Assembly: GCF_964194155.1 (NCBI RefSeq)
Contig: NC_135879.1
Coordinates: forward strand, 76,694,001-76,758,000
Length of the DNA stretch: 64,000 bases
Direction of reading: 5' to 3'
DNA from: Cetorhinus maximus
Taxonomy: Eukaryota
Shown: in pieces, positions 38,528 to 51,092 of the stretch
Numbering within the stretch: the first letter of the stretch is position 1
How the letters are laid out: each line of letters begins with the position of its first letter
Position numbers and translations under genes: made by a program
The notes under the pieces: model-generated
Seen by the model: the letters and a program-made list of their open reading frames with translations, nothing else
What the model was told of the DNA's origin: nothing
Database searches by the model: none

Positions 38528-39820
38528 AACACACATATGAATTAGGAGCAGGAGTAGGCCACTGGGCCCCTTGAGCCTGCTCTGCCATTCAATAAGATTA
38601 TGGCTGATCTGAATGTAACCTCAACCCCACATTCCTGCCTACCCCCGGTGTCCTTTCACCCCCTTGCTAATCAAGAATCTATCTAGCTCTGCCTTAAAAA
38701 TATTCATAGACTCTGCTTCCACCGTCTTTTGAGGAAGAGAGTTCCAAAGACTCACAACCCTCTGAGAGAAAAAATTTCTTCTCATCTCTGTCTTAAATGG
38801 GCGACCCCTTATTTTTAAACAGTGACCCCTAGTTCTAGATTCTCCCACAAGAGGAAACATCCTCTCCACATCCACCCTGTCAAGACCCCTCAGGATCTTA
38901 AAGGTTTCAATTAAGTTGCCCTTTACTCTTCTAAATTCCAGTGGATACAAGCCTAATCTGCCCAGCTTCTCCTAATAAGACAATCCATGCATTCCTGGGA
39001 TTAGTCTAGTAAACCTTCTCTGAAGTGGTTCTAATGCATTTACATCTTTCTTTAAATAAGGAGACCAGCACTGTACACAATACTCCAGATGCGGTCTCAC
39101 CAATGTCCTGTACAACTGAAGCATAACCCCCCTACTTTTGTAATCAATTCCCCTCACAATAAATGATAACATTCTATTAGCTTTCCTAATTACTTGCTGT
39201 ACCTGCATACTAACCTTTTGTGATTTATGCACTAGGACACTCAGATCCCTCTGAATCTCTGAGCTCAGCAATCTCTCACCATTTAGATAATAAGCTTCTT
39301 TTTTATTCTTCCTGCAAAAATGAACTATTTCACATTTGCCCACATTATATTCCATTTGTCAGATCTTTGCCCACTCACTTAACCTATCTATGTCACTTTG
39401 TAGCCTCCTTACGTCTTCTTCACAATTTACTTTCCTACCTATCTTTATGTCATCAGCAAATTTAGCCATCATTCCTTTGGTCCCTTCATTCAAGTCATTT
39501 ATATAAATTGTAAAAAGTTGAGGCCCCAATACTGTCCCCTGTGGCACACCACTTGTCACATCCTGCCAACCAGAAAAAGTCCCATTTATGCCAATTCTCT
39601 GCCTCCTGTTAGCTAGCCAATCTTCTATCCATGCCAATATGTTACCCCCTGCACCATGAGCTTTTATTTTCTGCAATAACCTTTGATGTGGCACTTTATC
39701 AAATGCCTTCTGGAAATCTAAGTACAGTACATCCACTGGTTCCCTTTATCCACAGTACATGTAACTCCTCCAAAAAGCTCCAATAAATCGGTTAAACATG
39801 ATTTCCCTTTTACAAAACCA
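38528..39820 (-). mobile_element. CR1 RT + 3' end, antisense, just downstream of the RRH stop
   Basis: YLDFQKAFDKVPH, SGVPQGTVLGPQLF, KFADD, EFRRVKGNLIETFK. Confidence 0.92.
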
Positions 39821-39825
39821 CCGTG

Positions 39826-40628
39826 TGGGGAACTGAGAAACACTCCTGCTTTCCCTGGCTTTACAACAAAAATTGAAGTAAAAACATCTTGTTGGGCCTC
39901 TTCTAGCCTCAGCTCTTCATTCCAGTTGAGTGGCCTGACAAGAAAGACACATTGGCATCCCCGCTCAAGACTTTGGTTAAAATAGGAGTCTAGCCGCAAT
40001 GGCGGGCAAGGTTAAAATTGTCCCTTTCAGTTTTGGTCACGAGTAATTGGAAATAATCATGAGGGGCCCTTTCACCTAAATCTGCAGTACTGTGCTACAC
40101 AATATTTTGTCCCATTGCACTACCTGTCATCTAGTACCCTTTATTTTACCTTCCTACTAAAAAAAATGTTGCCTGAATGTCTCTTCACCTTTGATACTCT
40201 TAACTTCAAACTGTAAATCCTGCACCTGATTGAAGAACTTTCCTTTATTTACTTCATATCGCTGAAAATTTTAAAGACCCTTATCAAGTGCCCCCACCTC
40301 ATCCTCCTCTTTAAAAGAGAGCAAAGTTATATGGTAGAAAATCTTGCCGTACAACATACACCTCTCACAACAATCGGTCTTATAGGCCCCTCATGATTAT
40401 TTCAAATTACTGGTGACCAAAACTGAAAGGAACAATTTTAACCTTGCCCCCCACTGGGGCTAGACGCCTATTTTAACCACAGGCCTGAGCGGGGAAGCCA
40501 GTGTGTCTTTCCTGTCAGGCCACTGTATTGGAATGAAGAGCTGCGACCAGAAGAGACCCAACAAGGTGTTTTTACTCCAACTTTTGTTGTAAATCCAGGG
40601 AAAGCAGGAGTGTTTCTCAATTCCCAAG
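39826..40628. repeat. About 245-bp inverted repeat pair (39826-40070 and 40383-40628)
   Basis: GGGAACTGAGAAACACTCCTGCTTTCCCTGG...ATCATGAGGGGCC versus GGCCCCTCATGAT...CCAGGGAAAGCAGGAGTGTTTCTCAATTCCC. Confidence 0.85.
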
Positions 40629-40629
40629 G

Positions 40630-42130
40630 TGAATTCAGCACCTACCACCCCTTACTCTAAACTATTTGCCTCATCACAACAACCGTATGACCATTCCAAA
40701 CTCAGTCCCAGCTACTTGGGCAGTCTAATAGTTTGCTGTCTATGTTATCAATTATTTTATTATCCAGTACTATGTCAAATGATTTTGCAATCTAATTACA
40801 TAACATCCACTACATTGCTATCACCCACCAGATTTGAAATCTCCTCAAAATAAAACCAATAAATTGTTTAAGCAGAACCTACTGTTTCTAAAACCACAAT
40901 GCTATCACCAGTTAACCGCTCCCCATTATAATATTGCTATTCATAGTTGGAAATAATTCTCCAATGGTTGAGATAGGGCTTGCAGATTTGTAATTGGGCT
41001 GTTTATTCTTAAGTTTCTTTTTAAAAATAAGAGTCACACTTGCTGACTCATGGCTAACTAGAGCAGTTAAGGATAGGAATAGATTACGGCACTTCAAGTG
41101 CATATCCAGTGCTTTTTAAATGTTAAGAGGGTTTCTGCCTCTCCCACCCTTTCAGGCTGTGAGTTCCAGATCCCCAGGACCATCTGGATGAAAAGCTTTC
41201 CCCTCAAATCCCCTTTAAACCTTCTACCACTTACCCTAAATCTATGTCCCTTAGTTATGGGCCTTCAGCCAAGGGGAATAGGGCTACCCTATCACTCCGT
41301 CTATACCCTTCATAATTTTATATACTTTAGGTCTCGCCTCAGGCTCCTCTCATTTCAAGGAAAACAACCCCAACCCACCAAAAATTCTCCAGTCCAGACA
41401 ACATCCTCTCTAGCGCAAACACATCCTTCCTGTAGTATGGTGACCAGAACTGCACACTGTATTCCAGTTGTGGCTTGACTTTTTATACAGCTTCAGCATA
41501 ACCCCTCTGCTCTTATATTCTATGTCTGGTCTAATAAAATCAAGTATCCTGTGTACCTTCTTGACCACCTTAACTACCTGTCCAACCACCTTCAGTTATC
41601 CAGTCCCTCTATGCCTCTACACTTCTCAGTATCATTTATTGTACATTCCCTTGCCTTGTTAACCGTCTCTAAATGTGTTACCTCATGCTTCTCTGGATTG
41701 AACCCCATTTGTCAGTATTCTGCCCACCTGATTAGTCCATTGATCTCTTTCTGAAGTCTACAGCTTTCTTCTTCATTATCAACTACACACTCAATTTTGT
41801 ATCTCTGCAAACTTCTTAATTGTACTCCCAACATTCATAGTTTCACAATAATGGCACAGCCACTTAGAATGAAGATGAAGAGAAACTTCTTCACTCAGTA
41901 GATTATGAGTCATTGGAATTCTCTACCCCAGAGGGTTGTGGGTGCTCAGTTGTTGAGTATATTCAAGACAGTGATCAATAGAATTTGGGTACTAAGGGAA
42001 TCAAGGGCTACGTGGATAGGGCAGGAAAATGAATTGATGTAACAGTTCAGCCATTATCTTATTGAATAATGGACAAGACTCAAAGAACCTTATGGCCTGC
42101 TGCTGCCCCTATTTCTTATATTCTTGCTAC
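40630..42130. mobile_element. Further decayed CR1 fragments in both orientations
   Basis: Degenerate RT and tail text on minus (40630-41830) and a plus-strand tail (about 41850-42130). Confidence 0.7.
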
Positions 42131-44321
42131 ACCCCAATCCTCTGGAATGAGACCTGGGTCAAATGAGCTCTGGAAAATACTAATGACAGAACTCTTAAAC
42201 TCTTAAGCCAAAACCATGCAGTAAATGTTAACAGGGCCCAAACATATCTGCAACTTCTCAAACTTTATTATTTTTATAGGTTTCTAGTCTACACTTGCTG
42301 CTCAACAATAATTTCATTTTTGCCATTTCTCTCCCTATTTAATTTTGGAACATTTTTACAATGCAATGGGCTGGTATTTCAGCAATTTCCTAGTTCTGAA
42401 TCAACTCCAATATCGTTTCTTTGTGACTCAAAGTCTCTCGGCACTTGCTTCTGACATGTTTAAAAATGTTTTTCTGTTTTTCTTTATGTTGGCAGCCTGT
42501 GCATTTTCCGGTCCTTTCTTAGAATCTGATCAATTTCTTGGCCTTTCTCAGCCTGACTCTTTATAGATGTCACTATCCTGATCCTTTCTCCAATATGTTA
42601 AATTTTGAACACCCCCTTGTCCCTGATGCCTTTTATAACTTCCTTAGTTATTGATACTGGTTTTACTCTTTTATTTTTTGATTTACTAATTCCAAGGATA
42701 AATTGCTATTGCACCTTAATGGAAACATTATTTTTTTCTGTTTCTCCGTTCCCATCTTTCCTGTAAATAGGCCCTCCCATTTCAATGCTTTATAGTAATG
42801 TTTAACGTCCATACGGTTTGCTTTCTACCATCCTGGCAGTTGCATGATATAACAATAATGCAGTTTCTCTATCAATTAGTTTCCAACAGATTTAAATTTT
42901 AGCAGTCAATTTCAAGTTGGACTCCCAGTTGCACTGTAGGAGCCCATTTAAAATATGTTAATAAGCATCCCACCTCTCCCATGACTGGATACTCAGATGC
43001 CCCAACCGCCACTGGTGTAAAAATTATGACAGGTGTGTGCACAGCGGCTTACAGCTGTATTCCTCACGTTTCACTTTTTAATCACATCCATGTTACTCTC
43101 CCACTTATCGTGGGAGAGTTAACATCGAGGCCATGGTATCTATTTGCAGTTTATTGATAGTTAATTACCAACTTATTTGCTGTCTTTATAAGTTAAACTA
43201 AAAAAACTAAACTGAAATTTCAGTTTGATAAATTCACAAGTTCTGTGTTACTTACCCACTACTTAACCGCTGAATTCCATCGTCATAAAGTTCCTATTTT
43301 AAAATCCTCACTCTGTTAAGTAGCTCATTTCTCTGTGATTCTACATTCTCTTACACCATCAACATTAATTCAACATCGTATTAGGTTCCCTTTAAGTTCA
43401 GTCATCATCTTTACTCTGAAAGTAATGACATTAGGACCCAGATGTAAGGTCAATTTATATAGTCAGTATTGTATTATCACTATTTTAAGTGACCATGCTA
43501 TAAAATGTAACTATTCATTGCTAAGTCATACTAAAATATTTATTTATGCATTCAATATTCAATATTATGTGTTTAGAAGATTGTTATTAGAAAAAAGTAA
43601 AATTAAATTCTGACATCTTCACGTTACCTGAAGTCCTGAAAGTTGAATGAGATGTTAAGCAATCCATTTGCACCTTATTTTGTGAACATCCGTACTTCAG
43701 AAAATCCAAGATAATGTTAATTGCAGTCATTAAAGACAATCATGGACAAATTGCCAAAGATGCCGTGATGTTTATCAACTGAAGTACATCAAGTTAGCCC
43801 ATGGGAAAAAAAAGTAATCTTATAATGTGTTTATATGAACTTGAATGGAAATCACTACTTATATTGAAAGCTTTCAACACAGGTCATTATAGTCATGCTG
43901 CGCTGTGCTATTATATTTGTATGTTTAAAAGAGGAGTTTATAATCCTGTCCAACATCCATTCACATCAAGGTCAGTGTATGGATTGCAGACTGTCTACAG
44001 GTTGAAACATGGGCATATCTTTGTAATAGAAATTTCTGTATCTCTCACCTGATTAACACTGACCCCTGCAAAAAAGAGAGAGCAGATATTGGTGGGAACT
44101 TCCTGCCTGAATATCTCTGTTAGCTTAACCAGTTAAACCAGCGAGGAGCTCCTTAAGTAATTTATAAGGAAGCTAATGATTCATTATCAGCAGTGAGATA
44201 CCTTGCATGTTGGCACTTAATGAGGAAAATTGCTGCAATATGCTTGGATTTTTTCTGATGTGTAGTGGCAGAAGGAGATACTTTGCCACTGATACAGATA
44301 TGAAAAATTTAATTCATAATG

Positions 44322-45798
44322 CAGGGATTCCCAAAATGTGGGTTGTGTCCCCAAGTGGGGTGTCTAGATGAGATTTTGGGGTCACAAGCACCGAGGCAGC
44401 AATGGCTGCCATGGAGCTCAGACTGATTTCTCAAAGCTGTGAGGCCCCTTTAAGTCCTCGTGTCCTTTTTTGTTGATGGGCACAGCCTAATGGACTGCTA
44501 TCTGAGGCCTGATTGCTGCTGCAAGAAAAGCTGGTGGATAGGTAGGTATTAGCTGTGTTACTTGAACTGGACGAATATTTGGAGAAGGAATTTACAATTT
44601 TTGAAGTTGATCCGCAGGAATCACGAGGGCTGTCAGACAAAAAGACAGTCACTGACTACTTCCCTTAAAGAAGCACCAGCCTAGTCCTGAAACCTCGATA
44701 TAAACACTGATCCTGCTGAGGGAGGGAGGGTAATAAAATACATTGTTGAAGGTAAGGACTAGGCGATCCAACTGCAAGGGAGCACATCTTGTCCAGTGCC
44801 ACATCATTCACTCCCACTATTCTGGTGGTTCTTTCCTTAAACTGGAAAAAAATGTGAATTGTGTTCATGTAAAGAAAGTGTGTGCCTCTTCAAGCTGATA
44901 GCACTGCTGAAGAAATGATTTGCTCAGTAGTGACTGCTGGTTCCCCTCTGGGCTAAAACAGATTTGGCACAACAACTGAAACTTTCCCCTTCCCCTTGCT
45001 GCTCAACAACTAAAGCACCACCCCAGCTGAACAACCAAAGCCTCCCCACTTAACAGCTCTTGTAGCGCCCCCCTCCCCCACCATTTTCACTCTACGGTCA
45101 CATGGGGCAGAATTTAGCCCTTGGTGGGCGTGCGGGCCCGCCGCCATTTTGTGTGGGTGGGCCAATTAAGGCCCGCCCAGTGGCCTGCCCAACTGGAAGC
45201 GCTATACGCTTCCTGTGGAGGGGGGAGGGAATACCCAGCTGTCAAAGTGCGCTCTTTCGCGCGCGCAGTGCTCCCTGAGACAAAGTGCTGTCTCAGGGAG
45301 ATCAGTGACAGTCCAGAAAACTTTAGAAATAGAAAAATTAAAAAATTATTAACATGTCCTCATGTGACAATGTCACACGAGATGGGACATGTTAATAAAT
45401 ATCACATAAAATGTATTAAAGTTTTTAAAAACAGACATGAAACCTCATCCCGCCAGTGGATGAGGTTTCATGTATTATCAGAAGCCCGCTGGGGCTCCTG
45501 GCCTGCCCGCCAGCCTTAAGGTTGGACAGGCAGGTCTTTAATTATCTTAATTACTCTGTCAATGGCCTCAATTGGCCATTGACAGGTCGGCAGCCAGACA
45601 GCTGATTTCGCTGTCTGCCCGCCTTTCTAAAAAGTTAAAGGGACCGGGATGACATCGGGGGTTCCTCCCGATGTCATCCCGCGTCATTTTCCCATCGGTG
45701 AGCGGGCCCCGCCCCCAAATCGTGAACGGGAAAATTCAGACCATGAAGTCTGATGCATTAAAATGGGGTCACACTAGAAAGAGGTTTGGGAAGCAATG
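44322..45798. mobile_element. Non-autonomous hAT (Charlie-like) element with nested MITE
   Basis: Termini CAGGGATTCCCAAA / TTTGGGAAGCAATG; subterminal GGGGTCAC motifs; TSD only partly conserved. Confidence 0.6.
45105..45742. mobile_element. Harbinger-type MITE
   Basis: GGGCAGAATTT...AAAATTCAGACC termini; TSD ATG; same internal hairpins as the copies at 26959 and 30940. Confidence 0.85.
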
Positions 45799-45828
45799 CT
45801 AAAATGCAATCTTTCAGAAGATATTAAA

Positions 45829-46480
45829 CATGGCTGTCGAAGCTTTTTGTTTTGCACTCCTCAGGACAGAAACACAAGAATACCAAATCTTAAAGGGAAC
45901 AACAATTTATACTGTATGAGAAGAGGGTACTGATTAGTTGGCAAGTGAACTCTGATTGGGTATGGGTGTTGCCATGGAGAATGCACCAGGGTACAGTTAA
46001 GTGCCAATAGCACCGATTGTGCGAAGAATTACATTAACAACCAATTTAAGATTATCTGTCAGGCTTGTAGTGTGGCTCACTTATGCAAGCTAGAAGCTAC
46101 ATATATTCACATACAGGGCCTTGTCCTTTGCAAACAGAAAGAACACCTCCATGCATTTACCTTTTTCAACTAAACAAAAGCTTGGGGGACAGCCGTTCTC
46201 TGGTTTATTCCCCATGGCAATGCTTTGACCAATCAGAGTTGACTTGCCTGGATTGAATTTAAACAAAAGCTTGGCAGTTAACTGTTCCCTGGTGCAATCT
46301 CCATGGCAACTCTACCAATCAGAGTCCACTCGCCAACAAATCAGCACCCTCTTCTCATGCAGTAAAAATTGTTGTTATCTTTGAGATTTGGTTTTGTTGC
46401 ATATGTTCTGTTGAGTGCAAGATGAAAAGCTTTGACAGCATAACCCTTTTTCCAGCAATACTCAAGTTCTGTACTACTAC
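45829..46480. mobile_element. Second palindromic element (probably Penelope-derived) with a degenerate hammerhead motif in each arm
   Basis: Inverted arms at about 45833-46007 and 46270-46439; arm consensus TGTC-CTGANGA-GTGCAAGAC-GAAA-AGCTTC-GACA. Confidence 0.7.
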
Positions 46481-46824
46481 TATCTATATTAAATATTTAT
46501 GAATTTTAAATTGTTACAAATGCCTGAACAATATTTCACAAGTACAATATTTCATAAGTACAGTATTTCTTACTTGAAATAGCAGAAGATAAAAGAAGGT
46601 TTGCCTGGAAAGTATTCATTTATCAAATAACTAGGTTGTGGTTTAATGAGTATCTATGTGAATCCATTTTCAGATATTGGTGCCCCAAGAGATTCAGTTT
46701 TAAACTGAAACTTGAAATATATGCCCAGCTGGAGTATGAGCATGCACAGTAAGCCATGAAGATAATGCATGATTGAGATAGTATTTTATATCATACTTAA
46801 AATGAGAAAGGGACTTTTAAAAAT

Positions 46825-47245
46825 GTATTCTTTCATGGAATTGGGTGTTGCAGGCAAGGCCAGCATTTATTGCCCATCCTTAATTACCCTTGAACTGAGT
46901 AGCTTCCTAGGGCATTTAAGAGTTAACTACATTGCTGTGGGTCTGGAGTCAGATGTAGGTCAAACAAGGTAAGGATGAAGACACATATAAGCCAGACCAG
47001 GTAAGGACAGCAAAATTTCTTCCCTAAAGGACATTAGTGAACCAGATGGGTTTTTACAACAATCAGTGATGGTGGCTGTGGTTGCACAGCTACCATTACT
47101 GAAACTAGTTTTCAATTCCCGATTTTATTAATTGAATTTAAATTCCACAATCGGCCATAGTGGGATTTGAACGGGTGTCCCCAGACAATTAGTCTGGGCT
47201 TCTGGATTATTAGTCCAGTGACATTACCACTATGCCACCAGCTCC
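46825..47245 (-). mobile_element. HE1-like SINE (tRNA head + CR1-type tail)
   Basis: Minus strand GGTGGCATAGTGGTAATGTCACTGGACT...GTTCAAATCCC head and GGGCAATAAATGCTGGCC tail shared with the LINE at 1621-2402. Confidence 0.8.
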
Positions 47246-47386
47246 GCAATAGCTACCATCTTCCTCGTATCAATAGGATAGAGACAGAGGAATTATTTCC
47301 AGTAATGGGAGAATCTAGGATAAGGGCAAATAAGCTTAAAACTAGAGCTATGCTATTTAGGAGTGAAAATAGTGCAAAAAAGTTGT

Positions 47387-48586
47387 GGGCCGGGATTTTC
47401 CGCTCCCGTTTGCGGTGGGCGTCATAGAGGGCAGGAGCGGAAAATATTGGGAAATCACAAAAGTCGATTTCACATTGTCGTAAAACCAGTTTGCAATCAT
47501 CCGCTCCACTCGTCAATGGTGGGCCATGTTTCCCGCTGCTGCACGTTGTGAACCTAATTTAGCATCTCATTATAAGCCCTGTTCAGCCCTGGAATCATCC
47601 CCCCACACTGGATCACGAGCTCCCAATCACACCAATGTGTTTCACAATGCTACATAAACAATGCGCACCTGGCAAGCTGCACTTCACTCAGGATTTCAAG
47701 GTTTGTTTGCCTACCTTGCTTCGGGCAGCACTTGCGGTCATCAGTACCAGACTTAGCAGATAGCACCACATCACTTTTAGAGGGGCTCACGGGCAGGTCT
47801 TTACCTACCAGACCAGCTGTAAGGCAGGGGTGGCTTTTCAATGGCTGCAGGGCTAGGGCTTGCTTGAGGAAGGAGGGTACCCCAGGGTGTGTGTGTGGGG
47901 GCACGTGTTGATCTGTGCAAATGGCCTCAAGATGGTGAGGGCTGAGAAGGCAGCCTCCAGAGGAGGTGAGGCCAGTTGGAAATGTGAGGGTGTGTGTGTG
48001 AGAGAGTGAGTGGCGATGTCTCTCGAGCTGGCAGTGAGTGAGATGCCAGTGAATGTGTGGTGGCCTTGTGAGTGTTTGAGTTTAGAATGATGAGATGGTT
48101 GCCTTACCCTGGCGGTACTGGTGAGATTATTCATCCTCTTTCTGCACTGGATGGCCAACCTCTTCTGTGCAGCGTTGGCACTGACCATCATTGCCACTGC
48201 CTCGCAAGCTGGAGTGGTGGGATTGCTGGATCTCCTGTGGCCAGAGTGAGGGTGGAGGACATCACAGCGGGCCTCCAAAAGGCATTCCTGGGATGGGTCA
48301 TTGAACTCTTCTTAGCTTTTGGAGCCATGTCTTCACTGGAGTAGTCTTGGGCTGCAAGTATTGAGAACTGTGTGAGTAGCTGCAGTTTAGATATGGCACC
48401 CGGAGTAAGGAAACAGTGAGTTGGGGGCAAGTAAGAGGCCGTCCATCAGTGATACGGCATGTTTTCTGTGCCTCCATAATTAATGAGGTGGGAAGTAGAC
48501 GATGCAGCACAAAAATCTGCACAGCAGCCGATGGGAAAAATGTCTTATTTTCACACCAGCCACTGCACTTCAGGGAAAATTCCGCC
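47387..48586 (-). mobile_element. Harbinger derivative with Myb/SANT-like DNA-binding ORF remnant
   Basis: TIRs GGGCCGGGATTTTCC / GGAAAATTCCGCC; TSD TGT in a CR1 tail; EAVAMMVSANAAQKRLAIQCRKRMNNL. Confidence 0.8.
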
Positions 48587-48625
48587 TGTGGATGCTGGTC
48601 AATTGAAAATTTTAAATTGAGATCA

Positions 48626-50391
48626 TGTAGGGGTTCCCCTTTTCCCTCAGAGACCCTCCCCACACTCAAGTTCATGACACCAGATTCACAAGTGTATGGC
48701 TTGAATAGAATGACCAGCGAGACAGGTTTCTTCTGAAAATTCACAATTGCTTTATGGAATCACCCACAACCCCACCAAAAATTTAAAACAACCTATTCCC
48801 AGTACCTGACACAAATGGCAGAATTTTCCTCCTGTAGGGGGGGTTGTGCAGGAGCGGGCAGGAGCGAGCATGAACCCGATCGGCGCCCCCAATTGTGTGC
48901 GCGCTGCCATTTTACATGGGTGGGCTAATTAAGGCCCGCCCAGCGTGATGCACACCCGGAAGTGCAGTGCACTCGCTCTGCAGGTGGGAGGGATTCCCTG
49001 TGTCGGGGCCTGCGCTCTTTCGCACATATGCGCGAAAGAGCACAGAAATCTTCCTGACGCACAGAGGTGCCTCAGGAAGATTAGTTTAAGTCTTGAAAAA
49101 TGTAATAAAGGTCAAAAAAAATTTTAAGGACATGTCTCCTCATGTGAAACTGTCACATGAGCTGGGAGATGTCCATTAATTTTTTCAAAAAATTTAATTA
49201 ATGAGCCCTTCATGAAACCTCATCCCACCCGTGGATGAGGTTTCATGAAAAATACGATGGCCGCCAGGGATTTTCGCCTGCCCGCCAACCTTAAGATTGG
49301 ACGGGCAGCATTGTTAACAGCTTTAACTACTTTCTTAATGGCCTTAATAGGTCTTTGACAGTTCGGCGGGCGCGCAGCTGACACAGCTGTGCACCCGTCG
49401 AACTGACAACCAAAGTGACGCGTGGTGATGTCGGGACGCCTGCACGACGTCACCATGCATCACTTTACGTGTTGGCAAGGAGGCCCCGCCCCTGCTCGCC
49501 GACGGGAAAATTCTTCCCAAAGTCACCATGACTCAGTTAAAACTTACAAAAACACAGGCAAAACCTCACATCCTGTCCTGAAACCTTGAGAAAAGAACCC
49601 TCAGACCAATATCACCAAGAGATGGCTGAAAGAAGTTACAAGGTACTGGCAAAAAACGCTAAGTTTTCACCCCACACCTTCACAAAACGCTCAGACCAAT
49701 ATCACTATGATTTGGTTGAAACTTACAATCCCCAACATGGCTGGTCTGTCCGGTGAGAACTGTAGGTCTGCGAGCTAAGTTGACCCTTCCTTACCCTCCT
49801 TCTTGAATGCAGTCCAGATGCTCAGATCTGCTCTGCTTTTATAATATTTTAGTTCAGACATGTCAAAAAATATTTCCTGTTGTTCCAATGTCCGTTAGAT
49901 GATTTCACACAATGTCCAGACAAATGGCATCAGCTCCTGCTGGATGAAACAATACAAGGTTTTCCATGTAAGATGTCTCCAGATGAATATTATCAGTTCT
50001 CATTGTAAGAGCAATTCTCCAGCTGTTTGAGGTGACACAGTAACAGCACAGTGACAGCACCTGGCTCCAAAGTTAATAAGGGTTTGAATGACCCTGTTCC
50101 AGTACTATTGTCTATGGTGGTTGAATAATTTCTTGAGTGTATTGTATTGATGATACGTCCTTTGTGCCATTGTATTGGGTAATCAGACTTCTTGATTGCA
50201 TTAGTTCAATGTCCGTGAGTCACTGTGTTTTCCATAAATGTCTGAATTAACCCCTTGCTGCCCAGCCCTGTACTGCTGACTGCAACCTATCTTTTTGAAA
50301 TTTATAGTTTCAATCATGAGGTCAAAACATGTCTGTGGGTTTGAAATTATGTTCCATAAATTTCCCATTTGGAGAGGATTTCGATCCTACA
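48626..50391. mobile_element. Solo LTR containing a MITE (48816-49518)
   Basis: TGTAGG...CCTACA termini; flanks ATCA/GTCA; the host CR1 tail resumes at about 50396. Confidence 0.75.
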
Positions 50392-50682
50392 GTCAACAGA
50401 TTTTTATTTTGTGAGGATACCATAAAAGGGGGAGAGGGATAAACCCAGTCAATCAGCCTAACATTAGAGGTGCCAAACTTTAGAGACATTAATCAAGGAC
50501 AAAATTAATTGACACTTAAAAATGTGTGTTAATAAATGGAAGCCAACACAGATTCTTTAAAGACAAATCACATTTAATTAAAAACAAAAAGCTAAAAGCT
50601 ACTGCGGATGCTGGAAATCCAAAACAAAAACAGAATTACCTGGAAAAACTCAGCAGGTCTGGCAGCATCGGTGGAGAAGAAA

Positions 50683-50725
50683 TCAGTTAACGTTTCGAGT
50701 CTTCATGACCCTTCGGCAGAACTGA
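50683..50725 (-). ncRNA. Hammerhead-like motif in the PLE 3' region
   Basis: TCAGTT-CTGCCGA-A-GGGTC(ATGAA)GACTC-GAAA-C-GTT-AACTGA; perfect 6-bp stem I; core A6 replaced by C. Confidence 0.6.
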
Positions 50726-51092
50726 AGCATAGTTAGGAGAAAGGTGAAATATAAGCTGGTTTAAGGTGGGGGGGGTGGGGGGAGAGAGAAGTTGAGGGTG
50801 TGGTGATTGTGGAGATAAGCAAGCAGTGATAGGAGCAGATAATCAAAAGATGTCACAGACAAAAGGATCAAAGTGATTGAAGGTGGTGATATTGTCTAAG
50901 AAAAGTGCTAATTAAGAATGGAAGACAGGACACTCAAGGTACAGCTCTAGTGGGGGTGGGGTGGAAAGATTAACAAAGTTTTAGTTTTAGATTTAAAAAT
51001 AATGGAAATAGGTGGGAAAAGAAGAATCTATATAAATTATTGAAAAAAAAGGGAGGGGGGAGAAACGGGGTGGGGATGGGGGGAGGGGGAGT

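Noticed and set aside
47853-48278. Myb/SANT-like ORF as a domesticated host gene
   Set aside because: Lies within TIRs with a TSD, and the conserved Trp position is degenerate; transposon relic.
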